Assembly: GCA_964016885.1 (NCBI GenBank)
Contig: OZ024761.1
Span: 7,006,001-7,070,000, forward strand
Origin: Eledone cirrhosa
Lineage: Eukaryota
DNA length: 64,000 nt
Direction of reading: 5' to 3'
The translations under genes were made by a program, and so were the position numbers. Of the stretch, positions 13,501-23,700 are shown one piece after another; the first letter of the stretch is position 1; every line of letters begins with the position of its first letter. The notes under the pieces are model-generated. The model saw nothing but the letters and a program-made list of their open reading frames with translations. It was not told where the DNA came from and searched no databases.

Positions 13501-15643
13501 GGTAGGAGTCTAACTCTTGTGTGATCTATTGATCTAGAGGGCTATACTGGTAGGAGTCTAACTCTTGTGTCATCTATTGATCTAGAGGGCTATACTGGTA
13601 GGAGTCTAACTCTTGTGTCATCTATTGATCTAGAGGGCTATACTGGTAGGAGTCTAACTCTTGTGTCATCTATTGATCTAGAGGGCTATACTGGCAGGAG
13701 TCTAACTCTTGTGTCATCTATTGATCTCGAGGGCTATACTGGCAGGAGTCTAACTCTTGTGTGATCTATTGATCTCGAGGGCTATACTGGTAGGAGTCTA
13801 ACTCTTGTGTCATCTATTGATCTAGAGGGCTATACTGGCAGGAGTCTAACTCTTGTGTGAACTATTGATCTAGAGGGCTATACTGGTAGGAGTCTAACTC
13901 TTGTGTCATCTATTGATCTAGAGGGCTATACTGGCAGGAGTCTAACTCTTGTGTCATCTAGTGATCTAGAGGGCTATACTGGCAGGAGTCTAACTCTTGT
14001 GTGAACTATTGATCTAGAGGGCTATACTGGTAGGAGTCTAACTCTTGTGTCATCTATTGATCTAGAGGGCTATACTGGCAGGAGTCTAACTCTTGTGTGA
14101 TCTATTGATCTCGAGGGCTATACTGGTAGGAGTCTAACTCTTGTGTCATCTATTGATCTAGAGGGCTATACTGGCAGGAGTCTAACTCTTGTGTGATCTA
14201 TTGATCTCGAGGGCTATACTGGCAGGAGTCTAACTCTTGTGTCATCTATTGATCTAGAGGGCTATACTGGCAGGAGTCTAACTCTTGTGTCATCTATTGA
14301 TCTAGAGGGCTATACTGGCTGGACTCTAACTCTTGATAAAGTTTATTTCAACACTGAAAGGGATGAACCTGACTAAATCTTTATTGCTAGAAGAGTAATC
14401 CTTAATATAATTAAAAAATCTAAAAATGTTTTAACCCATTCATGACCTAATGACATAGAATCTATTTCAATTAACTGATGAAGAATTTTGAGGAATTTAC
14501 TAAAATTATTAATTACTTCATTACTAAGATAGTTACTTAATGTAAGGATATTATAAAAATTTATGTTGGAAGATTTTAATTTAAATTGGAAAACTTTAAA
14601 ACGGGTGGTTTTATTTCATAGAACCAGAGTTGGTTTTGGCCGGGTTGGGAACGAAAGGGTTAAAGTGTTTATATTTATCTAAAAACCTTGATGCTTTGAT
14701 ACAAAGAGTTACGGCCCTTTCCATTCTGAGTTCTAATCCCGCCGAGGTTAACTTTGCCTTTCATCCTTACGGGGTCGATAAAATAAAGTACCAGTAATAC
14801 ACTGGAATAATTGCTGGCCTTGTTCCAAAAGTAGAAATTATTAATAATTTAATAACCTTTGTTAAGTTATGTTCCAAGCATCAACTTAATCCTTTTGATA
14901 CCAAACTCCAATTGAGTACTAACTTGGTCTACAATGACCCATCCAACCCATGCTAGCAGAGAAAAGAGACATTGAATGATGATGATGATGATAAACACTT
15001 TAAAATGAACAGCTTAGCATTGTAGTATGAGGGGCAGTTAGGGACCACAACTGATTATGAGAGTGGCAGTGTGAGGTGGGCTGTGACTATCTGTACTGGG
15101 TTTGAAACCCCACTGATACCTGGCCACAGGTAACGTAACTGATTATGAGAGTGGCAGTGTGTGGAGGAAGATTGAGGTGGGGGTGGGGGGGAGGTGATAG
15201 AGAACTTTAGTTTCAGTCTGATAGAAATTTCCTTGCTTCATCGACACAAACGAAATGTGACTCTATATTTAGGCATATGTGTTTATTATTCAGACAAAAT
15301 GGACAGAAGAAGAAACTGAATAATTACATCCAATTCCCCGAGGTGCTGGATATGACGGAGTATTTGAAAGATTCTGGTAGGAGTAATCTCTTGCTTTCAT
15401 CTTTTATCACAGTGTAGAACACAACATTTGTATCACACCATACCACACCACACTACACCACTCTACACTACATTGTATCACACCATACTACACCACATTG
15501 TATCACACCATACTACACCACATTGCACCACTCTACACTACATTGCGCTGCGCCACACCACACCACACCACATTGCACGACATCACACTGCACTACAGTA
15601 CAGCAAACCAAACCATTAAGTGTAGCAGCCCTGAGATGTGTTG

Positions 15644-15675
<32 letters not shown>

Positions 15676-18600
15676 AATTCAATTTTCAGACCGGGTGATG
15701 TGTTGTTTCCTTGAGCAAGACACTTTATTTCACATTGCTCCAGTTTACTCAGCTGTAGAAATGAGATGATAGGGACTGGGGTCCATATAATTCCACTGCA
15801 AAGTGGTCGTGGAGGTGCCACGGCAAAAAAACACCCAACACTCACTGTAAATGTGGTTGGTGTTAGGAAGGGCATTCAGCATCAAGCCAGCATCAGTTCC
15901 TGTCCAACCCTTGCAAGCAGGGAAAAGCGGACATAAAATGAAATGATGCTATATATTTATATATATCATCATCATTCATCATCATCATCATCATTTTACG
16001 TCCGCTTTTCCCTGCTTGCAAGGGTGGGACGGGTCTTATTCAGCACAGCATCTCTCCACTCGTCACGGTCCCTCGTCATCTCCACCGTGAGCTTCAATGA
16101 TCTGAGGTCTGTTCTCACCACCTCCGCCCATGTTTTTCGTGGTCTACCTCTACCACGTCTTCCTTCAACTGGCATTTCCTGGCACTTCTTCACCCATCGG
16201 TCATCCTCCATGCGCATCACATGTCCATACCACCTCAGTCTCCTCTCCCGTACACTACATTCTATCCCTCTCAGACACAGTTTCTCTCTCAACACATTTA
16301 TGCTGGGTCGTTCACGCACATTTACACTGCACATCCAACGGAGCATGCTTGCCTCATTTCTCTCCAGCCGTCGCATATCTTCTGCGGTAGCTGCCCATGT
16401 CTCACTACCATGCAGCATCGCGCTCCTCACACAGGCATCATACAACCGGCCTTTCGTACGCAGGGAGAAACCCTTCTTCGTCAACAGAGGAAGCAGCTCC
16501 CTAAACTTCTTCCAACCCGTCCTTATTCTAGATACTATGGCCTCGGAACACCCTCCTCCCATGCTAATCTGATCTCCTAGGTACCGGAAGCTATCCACCA
16601 CTTCTATAGCGCCCTCTCGCATTTGAAAAATGTGTCTATCAGTGCGACTTCTACTGTCTAATTTCCCTGTACATCTACTGCATACATATTTCTCCCTACC
16701 TGTTAGTTTGCCTGCTATCCCGCTACATCTCTTGTGTACCCAGGACCTACATTGTGTGCATTTTATAGAATTTATGCCAGTTCCTTTTCTGCATATCGAA
16801 CATGGCCATTTCCCTGACGGAATCAGGGTTTTGTCCTCTTTTCTACTCATCAACACTTTTGTCTTAGCTAGATTTACTCTCAGTCCTCTTGCTTCCAACT
16901 GCTGTTTCCATAGCCGGAATTTATTCTCTAGCTCCTCTACTGATTCTGCCATAAGAGCCAGATCGTCAGCATAGGCCAGATCGTCAGCATAGAGAAGTTC
17001 CCATGGACAGCCAGTCTTAAACTCCTCTGTTATGGCTTGGAGGACTATAATGAACAAGAGCGGGCTGAGGACCGAACCCTGATGTACTCCTACTTGTATC
17101 TGGAATTCCTCACTAAACTCCATTCCTACCCTGACTTTACTGAGAGTACCTCTGTACAAAGTTTGCACTGTCCTTACAAGCCATTCCTCAACACCCAGCT
17201 TCCTTAGGGACCACTAGATGACAGATCGGGGTACCCTATCAAAGGCCTTCTCTAGGTCAACAAAGGCTAAGTATAGTGGCTTATTCTTCTCTAAGAACCT
17301 CTCTTGCATTTGTCTCACCAAGAAGAGGGCATCTGTTGTACTCTTCCCAGGCACAAAACCAAACTGCATCTCATCTAGTTTGACCCTTTCTCTAATTAGT
17401 TGTGCTAGAATCCTTTCTGCCACTTTCATAACCTGATCTATCAGTTTTATACCCCTATAATTGCTCCTCTCCAAAGCATCCCCTTTACCTTTGTAGCAAT
17501 TTATGAGAATACTGCTGCACCAGTCTTTGGGTATGACACCACCATATATAGCCTGATTGATTATGCGTGCAACCAGTTTAGTGCCTACGTCCCCTGATGC
17601 CTTCAGCATCTCAGCAACTATTCCCGATGGTCCGGCCGCCTTACCATTTTTCATTTCCCTAATCGCCTCTTGGACCCTATATTCGTCAATCTCAATAGCT
17701 GGTCCCTCTGTCGGATCTACCAAGGGTAATTTCTCTCTCTCCCATTCGTTCTCCACATTCATCAGTCTCTCATAATGACATTTCCAGGCCTCCTTTTTCT
17801 GGTCATTCGTGACACTAAGTACACCGGCATCATCCCGGACACATTTATCACCAACAACATCCTGATTTGCATTGACACACTGCCTTGCAATGTGGAACAC
17901 CGCACGCCTCTGATCTTCCCGTCGCAGAACATTGGCAAACCTCCTACTCTCTGCCTCCCTGCGTGCTAAGTACACCTGACGTCTAGCTTCTCTCTTAGTG
18001 GCTGTATATTCTTCCCTACTCCCACCCTTATTCCAAGCCTTCCATGCTAGTCTTTTGTCTCTAATAGCCTTATCTACACTGCTGTTCCACCACCAGGTCA
18101 CTCTCTGTCTGGTTGGAGCTCTGCTCCAGCCACAGGTTTCATCAGTAGCCTTCAGCAAGTTGTCACGTAAGAACTTCCAGTTATTATCTATGTCATACGT
18201 CTCTAAATCGTCTTCTTTTTCGTCATATACATCTTGAAGGGCTTTCCTAAATTTGAATTTTAGTGAAAGGTCTTTTAGCTTCCAGACCTTTCTTCTCCAC
18301 ACCTTCCTATATGTCTCATTCCATCTCTTGCTTACTGAGATATCACTAACAACTAACCTATGCTGTGGGGTACATTCTTCCCCAGGGTATGCCTTGGTAT
18401 TAGACACTATCTGCCTGTCCCGCTGCCTAACTAGCAGGAAGTCAATCTGGCTTATGTGCTCACCAGATTTGTAGGTTATTAGGTGATTGGCAGGTTTCTG
18501 GAAGTTTGTGTTGCAAATAGTCAATGTACTTGCATCACAAAATTCAAGAAGTCTCACTCCTTCTTCATTTCTTGAACCGTAACCGTGCCCACCATGTACC

Positions 18601-19271
18601 CCAGTGTAACCATCCTGGAGCTGTCCAACATGACCATTGAAGTCTCCTGCTAGCATAACGATGTCTCTGTCCTCTGTCATTGTGGTTGTTTGCAAAAGTT
18701 GCTCATAAAAGCAGTCTTTCTCATCTTTGCCTAGGCCTGCTTGGGGAGCATAGACCGAGATGATTGTCAGTAGTCTCCTACCTACAACTAATCTAAGCTT
18801 AATTATTCGATTACTAACTCGAACTACCTCTATTGTCTTATTGATCCATTTCTCAGCCAGGAAAATGCCTACTCCCCCTAACCCATCATCCTTACCTACC
18901 CAGAATAGCTTATAGCTAAGACGCTTGCCTACGACTAGTCTCGCAGAGGCACCCCTCCATCTCACCTCTTGCACGCAGCACACATCCACCTGCCTTCTCT
19001 CCAGCATCTCCGCTATTTCAGCAGACCTACCTCTGAGAGTGCCAACATTAAGTGTTGCAACTCTGAGATGCGACGTCTTCATATTTTTCTATGCTGTTTT
19101 GTTGCTGTGCTGATAAGCTTTTTGGCATTGATACACTGGTTGGATGCCCTTCCTAACACCAGCGCCACTTTACAGCATGGACTGGGTGCTTTTATTTGTG
19201 CCACCAGCACTAGAGAGGATGTCTTACTAGACTCAAGGGCCCTCTCTACCCCTCCATTTTACAGCATGGTC

Positions 19272-19304
<33 letters not shown>

Positions 19305-20715
19305 AAACTTATTGACACGACTCACACACTAATACTCATGCATACAAACCACAACCACACATACCAACACTCATTCATGCATACAATCACGCACACCACT
19401 CACAAACATATATATATATACATATATTACCGACAGTACTGATACAAAATCAAAATCAAAGTCAAAATCAAAATCGTCAAAATCACTATCATGTCAACTG
19501 TTGACCTTTCCCAGTCCAGTTCGGCTTGTATATAATAACAATAACAATAATAATTGTTTGTTTACGCTGGTAATGGCGGTGGTGGATGGTGTCAGTGTGG
19601 TGGTGGTGGATGGTATCAGCGTGGTGGTGGTGGATGGTCAGTGATGGTGGTGGCAGTTGTTGGTGCTGTAGTTGTTATTGTAGTTGTTACTGTTGTTGTT
19701 GTCCTTCATTTCACTGCTGCTGTTGCTGCAGACAATGGTGTTGATGCTGTTATTGCTGTCGCATATATACAAATACATACACACACATTCAACACAGACG
19801 ATGGTGTTGTTGCTGTTGTTGTTGTTGTTGTTGGTGTTGCTGCTGTTGTTGTTGTAGTTGTTGCTGTGTTGAAATCTGGTCGAATCCACTGAGATATACA
19901 TATACACACACATACACATATGTATATACACATACATACATCAAAAGAGAGTCAGCAGTATGTCAACAGGGGACAGGACAGCGACCTTAGAGTAATGTGG
20001 TGATGGTGGAGAACGAGTGTAGGCGTTATTGTTAGTGTGGTGACGGGGGGGGGGGGGGGTCAGTGAGATGTTACAAGTTCATAGATCCCTTCTCTCTTTT
20101 CCTCTCTCTTCAAAATTTTGAATTGATGGCCTTTTGCAATGGCGGACAAGTATATATAATATATATATATGAAGCAAAGAAAAGAAAATTTTCACTGATA
20201 TGAAAGATTTCCTGGTAGAAGTTCAGGTGTATTCAGTAATTGGTATCCAGTTTCGGGGTATCCAATTAGAAAATCCAACGAATCTTTAAGAGGGGTCCAC
20301 GCAACCATTGATATATATATCTATATATGTAAAATGCAAGCAGAAATGACAACGAAAGATTTCCTGGTAGAAGTTCAGGTGTATTCAGTGTTGGTATCCA
20401 GTGTTAGGGTATCCAATTAGAAAATCCAACGAATTTTTGAGAGGGGTCCACGCAAGCATATATATAGATATATGCAAAATGCAAGCAGAAATAACAACAC
20501 ATATACTAATGAACATACATTAAACACAGAGGGACTGTAAATGATAATAGCAATATCTAGATATAAATATATAAATGTACATATCTCTATTGGTCTCATA
20601 AATTTTAAATTTTCTCTTTCCTCTTGTGTGTGTGTAGCAACACGTGGTTGTGTGTTGCTGCTGACTCTAGCAGAGCCCAAGAAAACACGTCTTGCCCTAA
20701 CAGATGCTGCTCCCT

Positions 20716-20766
<51 letters not shown>

Positions 20767-23700
20767 TTTATGTTTAGTGGTTCACCTCTGGATAGAACTG
20801 GTCATTCTGTTTAGTTAATCATGATGTAATAGTAGGATAAGCACTCTACGTACGCAACTCGTCTAACATTGATGTTGAATCCTGTGGTTGGTATAGGACC
20901 ATAGTTAAATATTGGTTTGATTAAAACAGGGGACCGGACTGGTTATGTTCCTTTAATGTTTTGTTGCAAAAATACTATATTTCAATTGCCTGGTTACGTA
21001 AGATTCTAGTGACATCATCAGGTGTCTATTGCATAATTAGTTGATCAATAAAGGGATTACAGCATACACAAATAGAAAAAATATTTGATTCGGGGATGGC
21101 CTGCAATCTAGGTGTTATTGTTGTCGCAGACGATCCCCAAATGACTAGCTGTTGAATGCAAAGCATCGTAGGTTTGTTGGGCTAGTATAATGGGGACACA
21201 CATCCTGTTTTTATAGATACTACTATGCTGAAGGTAGCTGCACTGACCATAGCGACTGGAGCGGGGGCTTAGTACTGCGTGAAGATACTCTAGCCTAATC
21301 CAGCAAAGTGTAACGGTGAAGAATATCACGTTACTGTAGATAAGGAGCTCGGGTTATAGAATTCTAAAACATCCAACAAGAATATATAAAGCGTTTAAAA
21401 ATATAATGAAAGTTGGGTGTTAAATAAATGAACAAAAAGGAATTATGAAGACTAGATTACATACTAACTACCTTAACCCTTTAGCATTTACATTACTCTA
21501 TATATACTAATGTATTTTCACAGTAAAGGCTTTACCTCACATAATATCTCACATAACATTTACATTATTCTATATATACTATTGTATTTTCACAGTAAAT
21601 GCTTTACCTCACATAATATCTCACATAATATTTACATTACTCTATATATACTATTGTATTTTCACAGTAAAGGCTTTACCTCACATAATATCTCACATAA
21701 CATTTACATTACTCTATATATACTATTATATTTTCACAGTAAAGGCTTTACCTCACATAATATCTCTCATAACATTTACATTACTCTATATATACTAATG
21801 TATTTTCACAGTAAAGGCTTTACCTCACATAATATCTCACATACCATTTACATTACTCTATATATACTATTGTATTTTCACAGTAAAGGCATTACCTCAC
21901 ATAATATCTCTAACATTTACATTACTCTATATATACTAATGTATTTTCACAGTAAAGGCTTTACCTCACATAATATCTCTAACATTTACATTACTCTATA
22001 TATACTAATGTATTTTCACAGTAAAGGCTTTACCTCACATAATATCTCTAACATTTACATTACTCTATATATACTAATGTATTTTCACAGTAAAGGCTTT
22101 ACCTCACATAATATCTCTCATAACATTTACATTACTCTATATATACTAATGTATTTTCACAGTAAAGGCTTTACCTCACATAATATCTCTCATAACATTT
22201 ACATTACTCTATATATACTAATGTATTTTCACAGTAAAGGCATTACCTCACATAATATCGAATCTATGAGATTTTGATATTTATTTTGAGAACAAGTATG
22301 AGCAACTGGTTACGACCGGTTTGAACAGAAAAAGGTGAGAGAATTCTGGCCAGATATAGCTAGTTTAAATGCTAAAGGGTTAAGAAAAAAGTATAAATTA
22401 AAATTTAAAAAGTTTAAATTTAAATTAGAAACCATGTAAATTAGAGGTAAGTTTAGACAGAGTATAGGTATATACACCCACACACATATATGTGCACATA
22501 CACATGTACACACACAGTTGTTGTCTCTGTGGCCTAGCGGTAGGTCCTAGAGATGGTGGTGATCCTGGCCTTGGGTTCAATCTTGATCAAGAGGTGCATG
22601 TAACTTTTAGAAAAAAAAAAAAATGACCCCTTCCTTCCTCAACAATCTCTAGTGCATAACGGACAAATACACAAGTCTTTTATATTAGTAGATATTTTTA
22701 TTTCTTATTTCATTTCGAAATTCACTCACTGCCTAACATTTGATATAATTCTCTTGTACTATACAAGGACATACTACATAATAGGAACCCCAATGAGGGG
22801 TCAGAAAGGAACAAACCTCTGTTTTAGGTCTTTGTTAATTTTTTTTCTCATTTTTCTGTTGTTTTTTTTTCTTTGTTCTTCTTTCCTCCAAATCAATGAT
22901 CCGTCATGTCATTTGGTGATTAGTAACAGATGGCTCTAAACCTGTTGTGTATGACTTGAGTGCTGTCCTCATCCACCGAGGCATCAGTGCTTACAGTGGT
23001 CACTATATTGCCCACATCAAGGACCGGACTAGCCAGGCTTGGTATAAGTTCAATGACGAAGAGACGGAGCGTATGCAAGGACGTAACCTGCACCTGGGTA
23101 ACGAGGAGGAGGTTCATGTGCAAGGTGAGCAACTGTTGACGCAAATATCTCACTACCTTTCACACTTTTTCCTACTTCTTTTTTTCTGCATTTATTATCT
23201 CTCTCCCCCTCTCTCTCTGTGTCTCTCCCCCCCTCTTTCTCCCCCCTCTCTCTCTGCCCCCCCCCCTCTCTCTCTCTTATATACAACATATATATACAAT
23301 ATCAAGGCGGCAAATTGGCAGAGTCGTTGGAGCATCTGGTAGAGTGTTTTATGGCATTTGTTCCGACTCTCGGCTCTCTGAGTTCAAATCCCGCTCAGGT
23401 CAACTTTGCCTTTCATCCTTTCGAGGTCAATAAAAAAGTACCAGTCTAGTACTGGGGTCGATTCTTCCTCTATACCTCTGTCTCATGTCCTCTCTCTCAC
23501 TTTCTATCTTTCTCTGGAAGAAATCTGCTGTAGTGTGGCCTGGGGAGGGATGGGCTCCGCCAGGATTAAAATGCCCAAGAAACTCTGTATCCCAATATGG
23601 TGCCCTCCCTACAACTCCATCAGGAGTTACGGGACCATACCATATATATCAGTATCATCGCTTCCTTGCTTGCCCGGGTTAGACAGGTTATTACATTATG

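Noticed and set aside
11741-14335. CRISPR-like appearance of regular arrays (also 24048-25610 and 49440-52790)
   Set aside because: No unique spacers and no cas genes, in a spliceosomal eukaryotic context; these are head-to-tail minisatellites.
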